Shown here piece after piece: positions 16,745-26,937 of a DNA stretch of 37,507 nucleotides; position 1 is the first letter of the stretch, and every line of letters begins with the position of its first letter. Position numbers and translations under genes: made by a program. The DNA comes from a virus (taxonomy: Duplodnaviria; Caudoviricetes). Below the pieces are notes generated by a model, which searched no databases, had not been told where the DNA came from, and saw nothing but the letters and a program-made list of their open reading frames with translations. The DNA is taken from the IMG/VR virus record IMGVR_UViG_3300022930_000019, positions 1 to 37,507 of that record; one strand, written 5' to 3'.

Positions 16745-17851
16745 ATGGCTAAGGCATTTTTAGTAGATATTAACTTAGGTAAGAATGAGTTGCAAAATGC
16801 TCGTATTCAAAACCTAGCAAGTGCACCAAGCTCACCAGTCGAAGGACAGGTGTATTACGATACAACTCTAGACAAGTTCGGTGTATATAATGGTGCCACT
16901 TGGGACTACATGGGTACTGGCGCAGGAGCCGGCACCGTTACAAGTGTAGCAGTCACAGGCTCAGACGGTATTGAAGTAGACTCAGGTTCACCCGTTACGT
17001 CGGCCGGCACGATTGCCCTTGGACTTAATGCTGGTACTACAAGGACATTCCTATCAATTAACAACGTTGACAACACGAGCGACGCAAGTAAACCAGTTTC
17101 AACAGCCACTCAAACAGCTCTGAACTTAAAAGCTAACCTTGCAAGCCCGACATTTACTGGCACGGTCACAGTCCCTACACCTTCTAACGCCACAGACGCC
17201 GCAACAAAGAGCTATGTTGATACTGCCGTAACAGGATTACTCGATTTCAAGGGCACAACAAATGCCTCTACAAATCCAAACTATCCAGCTGCTGTAGTAG
17301 GTGATGCTTACTTAGTATCTGTCGCAGGACGCATTGGTGGTGCTTCTGGCAAGATCGTTGAAGTTGGCGACATGTATGTTGCAATCGCTGACAATGCCGG
17401 TGGTACTGAGGCCTCTGTAGGTACTTCTTGGACTGTGCTTGAGCACAACCTTGCCGGTGCTCTTCTTTCAGCTAACAACCTCTCAGACGTTGCATCAGCC
17501 GCTACAAGCTTTGATAACATCAAACAGGCAGCAACTACCTCATATGTTGGTGCCGTTGAACTAGCGACTCAAGCAGAGGCTCAGGCTAAGACAGATACAA
17601 CTCGCGCGCTTACCGCTGCATCAGTTGCTGACTTCACACGAAAGTATACGGCCACAATCGGTAACGGATCAGCGACATCAATCGCAGTTACTCACGGTCT
17701 AGGATCACAGTACGTGACAGCTCAGGTATTCGACGCTACTTCAAACGCCGAAGTCGAATGTGACGTTGTGCTTACATCAAGTACACAGACGACATTCGGA
17801 TTCGTCACAGCGCCAACTACTAACGAGTACCGAGTTGTAATTGTAGGATAA
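16745..17851 (+). CDS. fibre/decoration protein
   Basis: NNVDNTSDASKPVSTA, KANLASPTFTG, DAATKSYVD, NNLSDVA, VELATQAE fibre motifs. Confidence 0.75.
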   Translation: MAKAFLVDINLGKNELQNARIQNLASAPSSPVEGQVYYDTTLDKFGVYNGATWDYMGTGAGAGTVTSVAVTGSDGIEVDSGSPVTSAGTIALGLNAGTTRTFLSINNVDNTSDASKPVSTATQTALNLKANLASPTFTGTVTVPTPSNATDAATKSYVDTAVTGLLDFKGTTNASTNPNYPAAVVGDAYLVSVAGRIGGASGKIVEVGDMYVAIADNAGGTEASVGTSWTVLEHNLAGALLSANNLSDVASAATSFDNIKQAATTSYVGAVELATQAEAQAKTDTTRALTAASVADFTRKYTATIGNGSATSIAVTHGLGSQYVTAQVFDATSNAEVECDVVLTSSTQTTFGFVTAPTTNEYRVVIVG

Positions 17852-17854
17852 TAG

Positions 17855-18847
17855 ATGTCTAGACAAGGACTTACACCCCAAACTGTACCAGATGACGCAT
17901 ACAATGCGACGACTTGGAATGGAAATACAGAAGTTCCTACCAAGAATGCTGTGAGAGATAAGATCGAAAGCATGAGTGGTGGCGGTGATGTAGTGGGTGC
18001 GGCCAGTTCTACCAATAACGCTGTTGTTGTCATGGATGGTACCACGGGTAAAGTTATAAAAGAGGCAACCATAATTGCAGATGGTACATCTTTCAAGAAG
18101 AATGCCGGAAGTAGTATTGGACTGTCAAGTTTAAATACTAACTACTCAATAAACATTTATGAGACAGAATCACGGGTTTATAACGGCGGGCTGAACATGG
18201 GTGAGATTATGGGTGTCCAAGGGGCGCAGACGGTCACCAATAAGAACTTAACCTCTGCTACAAACACCTTCCCAACATTCAACCAGAATACAACAGGATC
18301 TGCGGCAACGTTGACCACTGCCAGGAACATTCAGACAAACCTCGCTTCTACTAGTGCGGCATCATTCAATGGTTCAGCAAACGTTACTCCAGGAGTCACA
18401 GGTACACTTCCTCTAGGTAACGGTGGTACAGGTCAAACCACAATGGCAGGAATAGCACAAGAGGTTGGAAAGCTTCTTATGCCGATCGGGTTCATCTACA
18501 CCACTACTACATCTACTAACCCAGGCACAGCTATTGGATTCGGCACCTGGGCTGCCTACGGTGCTGGACGTGTGATTGTAGGTGTTGGTACATCTGACCA
18601 GTCTTTTGCAGCTGCAGCGACTGGCGGTGCCTCAACTCATACATTGACAACTGCAGAGATGCCATCACACAACCACCAACAATCTGTAGCAAATGGTATC
18701 GTTGGTGGTTCCGCTATGTCAGCGCAAGCAAACAACACTGGTGGTAACTTTGCGATCCCTAACACAACGCAGAATACGGGTGGTGGTGGAGCACACAATA
18801 ACCTCCAGCCTTATGTCGTAGCCTATATGTGGCAACGCACTGCCTAG
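17855..18847 (+). CDS. fibre protein with collar/gp10-like C-terminal domain
   Basis: PIGFIY...NP...FGTW...GRVIVG...TGGASTHTLTTAEMPSHNH...HNNLQPYVVAYMWQRTA. Confidence 0.75.
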   Translation: MSRQGLTPQTVPDDAYNATTWNGNTEVPTKNAVRDKIESMSGGGDVVGAASSTNNAVVVMDGTTGKVIKEATIIADGTSFKKNAGSSIGLSSLNTNYSINIYETESRVYNGGLNMGEIMGVQGAQTVTNKNLTSATNTFPTFNQNTTGSAATLTTARNIQTNLASTSAASFNGSANVTPGVTGTLPLGNGGTGQTTMAGIAQEVGKLLMPIGFIYTTTTSTNPGTAIGFGTWAAYGAGRVIVGVGTSDQSFAAAATGGASTHTLTTAEMPSHNHQQSVANGIVGGSAMSAQANNTGGNFAIPNTTQNTGGGGAHNNLQPYVVAYMWQRTA

Positions 18848-18939
18848 CCCAACTCACATATAATTAGTGTTAGAACCTAACAAGCAAAGTTCACAAGAAC
18901 GCGAGGAAGTGTTCTAAAGTTTAACAAGTAAGGAAACAC

Positions 18940-20859
18940 ATGAATAAATTCTGGAAATTTGCGAAGGCCGAATCTGGCTCAGAGCTTATCCTAGAGGGTG
19001 TTATCGCTAGTGAAAGCTGGTATGAAGACGATGTTTCTCCTAAAGCGTTTAGAGATGAGTTGAAAAACCATTCTGGCGATCTCACAGTAAGGATCAATAG
19101 TCCTGGTGGTGATGTATCAGCTGGTGTGTCTATCTACAATATGCTCAATGAACACGAAGGAAATGTAACGATAAAGGTTGATGGCATTGCTGCCTCAATC
19201 GCGTCTCTTATATCAATGGCTGGTGATAAGATTATCATGCTTCCAGGCTCAATGATGATGGTTCACTTACCTTGGGTGTTCGCAGCTGGAAATGCTGACG
19301 ATCTCGAAGGTGCAGTTGAAATGCTAAAGAAGACGGGGCAAAGTATGGTGCCGATTTATGCGGCTCGTACTGGTCTATCGGAAGAGCGTGTCAATGAACT
19401 ACTAAAGGCTGAGACGTGGATGACTGCACAAGATGCTGTTGAACTAGGCTTTGCTGACGAAGCGGTAGAAGCGAAAACTTCTCTTGCAGAATCAATGGCA
19501 AAAATTAGCGATCTTACATCTAGTATGCAATCAGCTGTTATGCAGCCTGTCATGAGTATTAAAGCAAGGAAAGCAGAGGTGACAGATGTTACCGATGAAC
19601 CCGAAACAACTGTTGAGGTGGTTACTGAACCAGAAACCCCAGAACAGCCCGAAGCGCAAGCTACGGAAACCGAAACTACGGAAGTGACTGAACCCGTTGT
19701 CGAGGAAACTATTGAACCAGTCAAGGAAAATGAAATGCCTGAACTAGAAACACAAGAAGTAGCTGCTGCTGCACAAGTACTTGAGCCTCAAGCACAAGCA
19801 CCTGTCGAAGCTAAGCCACAAATGAAGCTTAAAGCCTACCTTAAAACTGACGAAGCGATGAACACATTTGCCGAGATTCTCCAGAACAACCCTGGTGAAA
19901 CTGGTGGAAACAGCTCTGCAGCTGTACGCGACGCATGGAAGACTCACCTAGAGACTAAAGCCGGTGTCACAAACCCTCAAATCTTCCTTCCTACACCACT
20001 TATTACAGCTATCCAAAACGCCTTTGAAGACGGTGGAGAAATCTGGAACCGTGTTGCCAAGGTTGGTGCTGACGTTTGGAACGCTGCATGGGACACAGAA
20101 GATGATGTAAATGACAACAACGGGCGTGCTCGTGGTTACCGACGTAGTGAAGCCGAGGAAAAAGCAGAGCAAGTACTTACATTTGCAAGCCGTATCCTTC
20201 GTCCTCAGTTCGTTTACAAGTACATTACACTTAACAAGGAAGACATCAAAGAGCAACGCTCTACTGGTGCCCTAGTTACTTACGTACTTGCTGAACTTCC
20301 ACAGCGTATTGTTCGTGAAGTTGAACGTGCTATCGTCCTTGGTGATGGCCGTGCTTCTGGTGATGACTACAAGATTCTTGAAGGAACACCTCGTGGATTT
20401 TTCCCAATCTTGGCTGACGCTGAGGCTGGAAACTTCTTCGCTGACGTCGCCGATGTAGATGGAACCGAGTCTGCTGCTGAGGTTATCGCCTTAGCTGTTG
20501 ACGAAATCCGTACACCAGGTGAAGTTGTCCTGATCGCTAAGAAGGGTTACGCTACACGTGCTCGTTTTGCAAAAGATAGCCTCGGAAACTACCTCTTCCC
20601 TATCGGTACACGTGCAACTGACATCCTCGGTGTAAACGTTATCATCGAGCCAGACTGGTTCAACGATGTTAACTCACCTGACTTCGATGCGATTGTTGTT
20701 GTCCTCTCAGGATACAAAGTTGTTGGTGATACTTCTATCGAAGGATTCCAAAACTTCATCCTAAAGACTAACAAACAAGAGTACCTACAGGAAATCTGGG
20801 CTGGTGGTGGTCTTTCACAACGAAAAGCCGCAATCGCTATCCCTACAGCTACATCTTAA
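18940..20859 (+). CDS. ClpP-type prohead protease fused to major capsid protein
   Basis: INSPGGDV, GIAASIAS, MMVH, ETWMTAQDAVELGFAD; acidic linker; HK97-like capsid; internal AAGGA + ATG 19735. Confidence 0.88.
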   Translation: MNKFWKFAKAESGSELILEGVIASESWYEDDVSPKAFRDELKNHSGDLTVRINSPGGDVSAGVSIYNMLNEHEGNVTIKVDGIAASIASLISMAGDKIIMLPGSMMMVHLPWVFAAGNADDLEGAVEMLKKTGQSMVPIYAARTGLSEERVNELLKAETWMTAQDAVELGFADEAVEAKTSLAESMAKISDLTSSMQSAVMQPVMSIKARKAEVTDVTDEPETTVEVVTEPETPEQPEAQATETETTEVTEPVVEETIEPVKENEMPELETQEVAAAAQVLEPQAQAPVEAKPQMKLKAYLKTDEAMNTFAEILQNNPGETGGNSSAAVRDAWKTHLETKAGVTNPQIFLPTPLITAIQNAFEDGGEIWNRVAKVGADVWNAAWDTEDDVNDNNGRARGYRRSEAEEKAEQVLTFASRILRPQFVYKYITLNKEDIKEQRSTGALVTYVLAELPQRIVREVERAIVLGDGRASGDDYKILEGTPRGFFPILADAEAGNFFADVADVDGTESAAEVIALAVDEIRTPGEVVLIAKKGYATRARFAKDSLGNYLFPIGTRATDILGVNVIIEPDWFNDVNSPDFDAIVVVLSGYKVVGDTSIEGFQNFILKTNKQEYLQEIWAGGGLSQRKAAIAIPTATS

Positions 20860-20883
20860 TAACGGAAAGGAGAACGCCCTACT

Positions 20884-21495
20884 ATGGATCAAGCAAAGCT
20901 CGAAGCCCTATTGGGGCGAACTCTCAACGCTAGAGAGGTAACGAACCTAAAACTGTACCTTAATATTGCAAAACAAAACCTCCAAGACCTGTTATGTATA
21001 CAGATGGACTGCGGTAATTCATTTAGTGCAAAGACTTTCTCTGCTCGCGAGGGTTACTCAACAGTCTTTCTTGATACGTTTACACAGGTTGAGGAGGTTA
21101 AAGTTGATGGGGAAGTAGTTACAAACTACCATCTGGCGTTCTTCGACAATAGAAATGCTAAGTTTTTTAATGCGATTGTCTTTGACACAGCATTTAGAAG
21201 TGAGGCAACTATCGAGATTAACGCCTCATGGGGCTTTGAGAAGCTTCCTAATGACCTTGCACAGCTCTGGGCGCAGATGTTTGCTATTACTTCCAAGAAG
21301 TACAGCACGGATAGCGTCAAGAGCAAGAAGGTTGAAGACTTTAGTATTACCTATGGAGACTACACTGACGATGAAGAGTTTGTACGTAACAATGCACTTA
21401 CTATCCGAAAGTACAGTCTCTGTGGCGTAGGGTATGTTCTTCACGGTGAAACCTGTAGTCTCCATGGAAGGTATGACTGTGGATACTGTATTTGA
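20884..21495 (+). CDS. head-tail adaptor
   Basis: Position after capsid; WGFEKLPNDL, KSKKVEDFSITY. Confidence 0.7.
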   Translation: MDQAKLEALLGRTLNAREVTNLKLYLNIAKQNLQDLLCIQMDCGNSFSAKTFSAREGYSTVFLDTFTQVEEVKVDGEVVTNYHLAFFDNRNAKFFNAIVFDTAFRSEATIEINASWGFEKLPNDLAQLWAQMFAITSKKYSTDSVKSKKVEDFSITYGDYTDDEEFVRNNALTIRKYSLCGVGYVLHGETCSLHGRYDCGYCI

Positions 21496-21859
21496 TGTAT
21501 TCGACCTGAGTGACTATACCTTCTTGAAGATTAGCCGCGGAGGAGTTTACGGGAATGTTATCGAAGAGTCGTATCCAGCAGAAGGAGTATTTAAGCTCCG
21601 CAGCGGAATGGTTCAAGCTAACAATCAGGAATCTCGACAATCTGACTCAACACTCCACGTTAAACCCGATGAAAGCTTTATCGCTGACATCACGGTTGAC
21701 GGCAAAATCCTATTCGTAGGACATGGAATAAGAGTACAGGGTAAAGAATATGAGATTACTGGTGCAACTGGCGGCCAAAACTATGAGACGAATGAGCTAG
21801 AACATTACCGATTAACCTTACAATCCGCTGACTTTTCAGAATTTGTTGAGGAGTCGTAA
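21434..21859 (+). CDS. head-tail closure protein (start possibly ~21479)
   Basis: Position; beta-rich; GKEYEI...LEHYRLTL. Confidence 0.6.
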   Translation: MFFTVKPVVSMEGMTVDTVFDVFDLSDYTFLKISRGGVYGNVIEESYPAEGVFKLRSGMVQANNQESRQSDSTLHVKPDESFIADITVDGKILFVGHGIRVQGKEYEITGATGGQNYETNELEHYRLTLQSADFSEFVEES

Positions 21860-22185
21860 TGGGAGGGTTTAAGTCGAACTCAAAACTATGGCTTGCTAAC
21901 GAAGCAAGAGTACTTGATCGAGTCGAAGAAGTAATGGCTGGTGTCATCTTAATGAGAGGCATTATGCTTGCTCCAAGAGACTCAGGTACCCTGAGAGAAA
22001 ACGGAAGGGTTGAGAAGAACCCTAACGGTGGACGATCAGTGGTATTTGGTGACGCATCTGTGCCGTATGCTCGTAGGCGTCATTTTGAGAATAAAAAGAA
22101 CCCACAAACACTTAACTACCTTAAACGGGCTGGTGACAGTGTGAAAAAAGAGAGTATTAAAAAATATGTGAGCATGAGTAAATAA
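21859..22185 (+). CDS. HK97 gp10-like neck/minor structural protein
   Basis: APRDSGTLR, VPYARRRH, YLKRA. Confidence 0.7.
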   Translation: MGGFKSNSKLWLANEARVLDRVEEVMAGVILMRGIMLAPRDSGTLRENGRVEKNPNGGRSVVFGDASVPYARRRHFENKKNPQTLNYLKRAGDSVKKESIKKYVSMSK

Positions 22186-22186
22186 T

Positions 22187-22576
22187 ATGATTACTCTAAG
22201 CTTTTTAAAACTATTAGAAGATAATAATTTTGGTTTAATTGACACTGATCTGTTCTTTCAAAAGCTGACCTTAGACAAGAAAGGAATCTATATCGCGGAT
22301 ATAGGTGACGGACTTACTCGAGGACAACGAAGGACACAGAGCTTTGAACTTTATGCTAGGGGCAAAAACGACACAGATGGCTACAAGCAGTTGAGTGACA
22401 TACTTGATTTCTTGAGAGATAGCTACTCTGGCGTGTGTGAATTACCCCCTGTGCCACCTATCTCAACAAAAGAGTATACAAACGTAACAATATTACCAAC
22501 ATCTACCATTACCAATGTAGGATTAGACGCTAATAATCGTATAATCTACAGCATTACTGGTCAGATAATTTATTAA
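22187..22576 (+). CDS. tail terminator-like protein
   Basis: Position before major tail protein; GLDANNRIIYS. Confidence 0.6.
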   Translation: MITLSFLKLLEDNNFGLIDTDLFFQKLTLDKKGIYIADIGDGLTRGQRRTQSFELYARGKNDTDGYKQLSDILDFLRDSYSGVCELPPVPPISTKEYTNVTILPTSTITNVGLDANNRIIYSITGQIIY

Positions 22577-22586
22577 GGAGAATACA

Positions 22587-23087
22587 ATGCCTGTACCAAC
22601 AGCATCAGACCCGATGGGTGGCAAACTCAGTATCGACATTAACGGTGTAAACATCCCTGCATTTATGCTCGGTTCAATCTCTGCTAGTGTCTCACAAGTC
22701 TTGCGGACTAGTGAACGCCTCTCAGGAACAACAACTAACCCAAGTAACCAACTAGATAACCCGTCATACGATGTAACGTTCTACCCTAACCAGTGGTCAG
22801 ATCTGCAGTACTTCATGCCAGAGAACTACGTTGGAACGCCTGGTGGAACAGATGGGGCTTTCATCCTCGGAACAGAGGAATGTTCACTACCTGAACCTAC
22901 AGAAGTAGTCTTACACTACGACTGTGACGACGGTACAACACGCGACATCACTATGCCTGTTACCAAAGTTGCATTTGAGGACTCAAGCGAACGTAATGCG
23001 ACAGATGATCTGTCAGTTACAATCCACTTGTACCCACAGCCAAACGCACTTGGTCAGATTATTTACGGAACAGCTCCAACAAGTTAA
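22587..23087 (+). CDS. major tail tube protein
   Basis: Position; strong RBS AAGGAG; followed by a terminator. Confidence 0.65.
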   Translation: MPVPTASDPMGGKLSIDINGVNIPAFMLGSISASVSQVLRTSERLSGTTTNPSNQLDNPSYDVTFYPNQWSDLQYFMPENYVGTPGGTDGAFILGTEECSLPEPTEVVLHYDCDDGTTRDITMPVTKVAFEDSSERNATDDLSVTIHLYPQPNALGQIIYGTAPTS

Positions 23088-23106
23088 TCCGTTTAATCAC
23101 AAATCT

Positions 23107-23129
23107 AGCCCCTTCACGGGGGCTTTTTT
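23107..23129 (+). terminator. intrinsic terminator
   Basis: AGCCCC/GGGGCT followed by a T-tract. Confidence 0.85.
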
Positions 23130-23223
23130 GTTTCCCAAGAACCTTATAATTATACGTAGACATAAAGTCTGTTTGTCCCTAAAGGGAATATGCGAAAGCA
23201 ATTTAATAATCAAAGGAGATTAC

Positions 23224-23673
23224 ATGACTGAAATTAGTATTTCACTAAACAGTATTCAAAATATAAAGACAGTTAATATCGAAGGACTCGGTGTTCTTCA
23301 TATTCGCAGACTCGGTTCGGGTGAGGATCTTGACCTTTCCTTTAAGCAGCGCCGAATTAACAAACTTGTTGACGAACTAACCGCTATTGATTTCGTGGGA
23401 TTAGACGCGACAAATCCAGATGACATCAAGAAAATTGATAAGCTCGCAAAGAAAGCCGACGCGATTCAAGAAGAAATCTCACAGATCAAAAAAGATGAGT
23501 TTGAAGTGTACAAACGGCTACTCTCTGACGACAAAGGCGGCAAAGTCGTTGACGTAATCATGAATACCCTAACAGCACGTGAACGTGCAGAGATATTTAA
23601 CATCGCCTTCGGTGAAAAGAAAGAAATCGAAGCACCTGATACCGCGACACCACAGGACGGCTCTGATGAGTAG
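23224..23673 (+). CDS. tail assembly chaperone (probable)
   Basis: ATG 23224 with AAAGGAG; lies between tail tube and tape measure. Confidence 0.6.
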   Translation: MTEISISLNSIQNIKTVNIEGLGVLHIRRLGSGEDLDLSFKQRRINKLVDELTAIDFVGLDATNPDDIKKIDKLAKKADAIQEEISQIKKDEFEVYKRLLSDDKGGKVVDVIMNTLTARERAEIFNIAFGEKKEIEAPDTATPQDGSDE

Positions 23674-24055
23674 AAGCTTACTTGACCTGATGCCTAAAGA
23701 GGAAGCTGAAAAGGCGTTAAAGAACGCCCAAAAGCGCCTTGAGCGTCATATGTCTCGTAAGGGTCTAGACGTATCACCAGAGATTTATCTTGTATCGGAG
23801 TTCGGTTACTACTTCGGCTGGGATGCAGTATTAGCTATCCGTCGAGGTTATACGGTTGAACCTGTCACTGGAAACAAGGAAGTTTTCACCTTAGATGAAG
23901 CTCAAATACTACTAGAGGGTGCCCGCAAGGTATGGTATTCGAAACTTACAGAACAAGCACATGCTCAGATGGTAGGGGGAAGTTTTAAGGTGTCCTCAAG
24001 CTCGTTCAATGACGCTGTTAAACCATTCACAGATAAAGCAGAGGTAACTGAATAA
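23666..24055 (+). CDS. second tail chaperone-like protein
   Basis: Own ATG 23666; immediately before tape measure. Confidence 0.55.
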   Translation: MSRSLLDLMPKEEAEKALKNAQKRLERHMSRKGLDVSPEIYLVSEFGYYFGWDAVLAIRRGYTVEPVTGNKEVFTLDEAQILLEGARKVWYSKLTEQAHAQMVGGSFKVSSSSFNDAVKPFTDKAEVTE

Positions 24056-24057
24056 CT

Positions 24058-26553
24058 ATGACCTCCGGTTCTACAACAGTTGGAAGTGTAAAGTATGACG
24101 CTAGTATTGATCTACCGTCTCTTAAGAAGTCACTCGCTACAGCTGACAAACTCGTAGAACAATCTTACAAAAAGCAATCAGAAGCCTCTAAAAAAGTAGC
24201 AAAAGCGACCGCTTCAAAAGCTAGTTCAGGTAGTGGCACAAGCTCGTATGATGCGCAGACTCGTGTTAACGCCATTAAGCGTGAAGCACAAGAAACCGCA
24301 AAGACACTTGCAACCTATACACCACAGATTCAAAAGCAATTCCTAACAGTTGAGCGGGCAAACAATCAGGTAGCAAACGCCACGACCCGTGCTTCAACTG
24401 CAATTCAACGTTATGGTTCAGGATCTGCACAAGCAACTCAAGCGACAAATGCTCTTAACGTAGCGGTAGGTAACCAGTCTCAGCAACAAGCAAAACTTAC
24501 AGCACAGTTAAACGGATCATATAAGAGCCAGACAAGCTTTGCCACTTCTTTAGGCGACTCAGTTGTTGCAATCGGTGGGGTTGTCGCCGGGCTTGCTGTT
24601 CTAAATGGCGCATTTAACACAGTCAAAAAGAGTGTTGGGGTTGCGAACGACTTTGAAGCTTCTATCGCTGGACTCTCTCGGCTCTCTGAAAGGTTCGGTT
24701 ATAGTGCACAGGAAGCGACCGCTGGAGCGAAGTCACTTGCCGAAGATGGTCTTGTTACCGTTTCAACAGCTGCAAGTGGCCTACAGAAGCTCTTAACGGC
24801 CGGTGTAGGACTTCCAGAGGCGATTGCATTGATGCAGGGCTACAAAGATCAGGCAGCATTCGGTAAATCTTCTACAATTGACTTTGACACTGCCGTAGGT
24901 AACTTGGCAGAATCATTCTATACCGAAAACTCAGCAATCGGTAACTTATCTGGTCAAACTGAAAACTGGACACAAATCCTAGAGTACGGCGCTGGTGTAC
25001 TTGGTAAGAACGTATCGCAACTAACTGCTAAAGAGCGTATACAGGCTAAGCTTATCGGTCAACAACGCCTCAATAACCTTGTAGAGGGCGATGCTGGTGT
25101 TCTTGCAGATACAAATGCAGGAAAACAAGCTCGACTAAATCAGACATTATTAGAGATTGAAACAACAATCGGACGTGTAACTAACCAAATTACAGGTGGA
25201 TTCATTGGTGCATTGGGTGATATGAGTGGAGACGCACAGAAGTCTGCTATCGCATTTGGTGCAGGAGCAACAGCTTTGGTTGGCTTCCTGACTATTGTGC
25301 CATTAGCTGTCACAGGTTTTAGGACAATTCGTTCAGCCATTGTAGCAGTCGGTGTTGCTAGTGCATTCGCTAGTGGCGGTATTACTGCAATACTAGGAGC
25401 AGTCGCAGCAGTTGGTGCAGCAGTTGGTGTCAGCGCGCTCATCGACGGTCTTGAGACGACTGAGGATCTCTCAGCTAAATTTAGCGATAATGTCCAAGAG
25501 ACAGCACAAGGTTATGAGGAGGTTTCAAAAGGTGCAGCAGACGCAGCAAAGCAGATTGCTAAGATTAACGATCAAATGGAACAGGCAAGAGAAGACTACC
25601 GTTATTCCCTTGCTCAGTTAGTGGCTGAGAAAAATGAGAATATCGCAGCACTTACAGATACTTTGGCAGCAGAAGACCGTGCGTATACGAATGCTTACAA
25701 AGAACGTCAAACAAGCTTTGAAAAGTCCCAAAACGAGGAAGAGCTAACCCACACACAGAAAACAAAAGCATTACAAAATCAAATCGACTTTCTCAGCAGG
25801 TACAATACACAAGCTAACCAAAAACAAGTCACTGACTTAAAGTTTGCACTTTCTCAAGAAAATGCGGAGTATCAAAAGTCTACGCAGTTAAGGGCTAACG
25901 AGTTTGACGCTGAAACAAAGACTGCCTTTGAAGAATACGACAAGCGTCGTCAAGAGAATCAGAAGAAACTCGATGAAGAATTGGCACTCCTCTATAAACA
26001 CCGTGAAGATATTCTGGCTGTACGCGGTATAATCTTACGAGATGAGATTGAAAATCTAAAGAGAACACGTGACGAACAGATTAAGTCCCTTGAGGAACAG
26101 CGCATTAATGCTGCTAACTATGGTGCTGCAACTGGTAATGCATACAGGATTGCATATGTCAGTAGTGCAGAATTAAGCCCCGAAGAATCAAAACGGGTAT
26201 TTGGTATTGGTGGAGGTATTCGTCAATTATACAAAGACTCAAACGGCAATACCCAAGAAGTTCTTACCACACGTTTCGCCACTGGTGGATTCACGGGGCG
26301 TGGTGGGAAATACGAAGAGGCAGGCGTCGTACACAAAGGTGAATATGTACTTCCAAAAGAGCAAGTGAATCAGGCAACTGGGCAACCTAAATCTAGTGCT
26401 GGTAGCGTCACAAACGTATATGTAACCAACAATATGAGTGGCGTAATGGCCTCTAGCAACTCTGATTTAAGGGCTATCGGTGTAAAGATTGGTAAAGTTA
26501 TTAACGAAACTGTAATTGCAAAGACAGGCAAAGTTGGGATTCAAGGGATTTAA
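24058..26553 (+). CDS. tape measure protein
   Basis: 831 aa; Ala/Gly-rich helical and hydrophobic segments; C-terminal FATGGFTG...AGVVHKGEYV. Confidence 0.9.
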   Translation: MTSGSTTVGSVKYDASIDLPSLKKSLATADKLVEQSYKKQSEASKKVAKATASKASSGSGTSSYDAQTRVNAIKREAQETAKTLATYTPQIQKQFLTVERANNQVANATTRASTAIQRYGSGSAQATQATNALNVAVGNQSQQQAKLTAQLNGSYKSQTSFATSLGDSVVAIGGVVAGLAVLNGAFNTVKKSVGVANDFEASIAGLSRLSERFGYSAQEATAGAKSLAEDGLVTVSTAASGLQKLLTAGVGLPEAIALMQGYKDQAAFGKSSTIDFDTAVGNLAESFYTENSAIGNLSGQTENWTQILEYGAGVLGKNVSQLTAKERIQAKLIGQQRLNNLVEGDAGVLADTNAGKQARLNQTLLEIETTIGRVTNQITGGFIGALGDMSGDAQKSAIAFGAGATALVGFLTIVPLAVTGFRTIRSAIVAVGVASAFASGGITAILGAVAAVGAAVGVSALIDGLETTEDLSAKFSDNVQETAQGYEEVSKGAADAAKQIAKINDQMEQAREDYRYSLAQLVAEKNENIAALTDTLAAEDRAYTNAYKERQTSFEKSQNEEELTHTQKTKALQNQIDFLSRYNTQANQKQVTDLKFALSQENAEYQKSTQLRANEFDAETKTAFEEYDKRRQENQKKLDEELALLYKHREDILAVRGIILRDEIENLKRTRDEQIKSLEEQRINAANYGAATGNAYRIAYVSSAELSPEESKRVFGIGGGIRQLYKDSNGNTQEVLTTRFATGGFTGRGGKYEEAGVVHKGEYVLPKEQVNQATGQPKSSAGSVTNVYVTNNMSGVMASSNSDLRAIGVKIGKVINETVIAKTGKVGIQGI

Positions 26554-26555
26554 TC

Positions 26556-26936
26556 ATGGCCTATAAAATGTACCTAACAGACTCAGCGGGAACACACGAA
26601 CTTCCACCCCTAGAAGTCCCTTTGACCCGTGTTAAGAATGAGAAGATGACCACAGTAGAACCGCTAAGCGGTAACGTGTACCGCGATTATTTCGCTACAA
26701 AACTAGGGTATGCTCACACATGGGCTTATACGACCGAGGATGAGTACAATCTTATGGATGAGATCTATGAACGGATGAAATCTGAGTGGACATATCCACT
26801 TCTTACAATCGAGGGAACCGATATTGTTGATATGGTAGTCGATTACACGCTATTGCAACAGAATATTATTGATGATTGTGGAACAGTAAGTGACGTTTCG
26901 GTAGCATTCAGGGAAACTAAACAGTTAGGAAGTTAA
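26556..26936 (+). CDS. distal tail protein-like
   Basis: Position after tape measure; size. Confidence 0.55.
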   Translation: MAYKMYLTDSAGTHELPPLEVPLTRVKNEKMTTVEPLSGNVYRDYFATKLGYAHTWAYTTEDEYNLMDEIYERMKSEWTYPLLTIEGTDIVDMVVDYTLLQQNIIDDCGTVSDVSVAFRETKQLGS

Positions 26937-26937
26937 C

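Noticed and set aside
22924-23223. 249-aa track ORF start
   Set aside because: The extension overlaps the tail tube gene and a terminator; a strong RBS marks ATG 23224
23579-23673. Classical tail-chaperone -1 frameshift
   Set aside because: The second ORF is in the +1 frame, has its own ATG (23666), and I saw no in-frame heptamer
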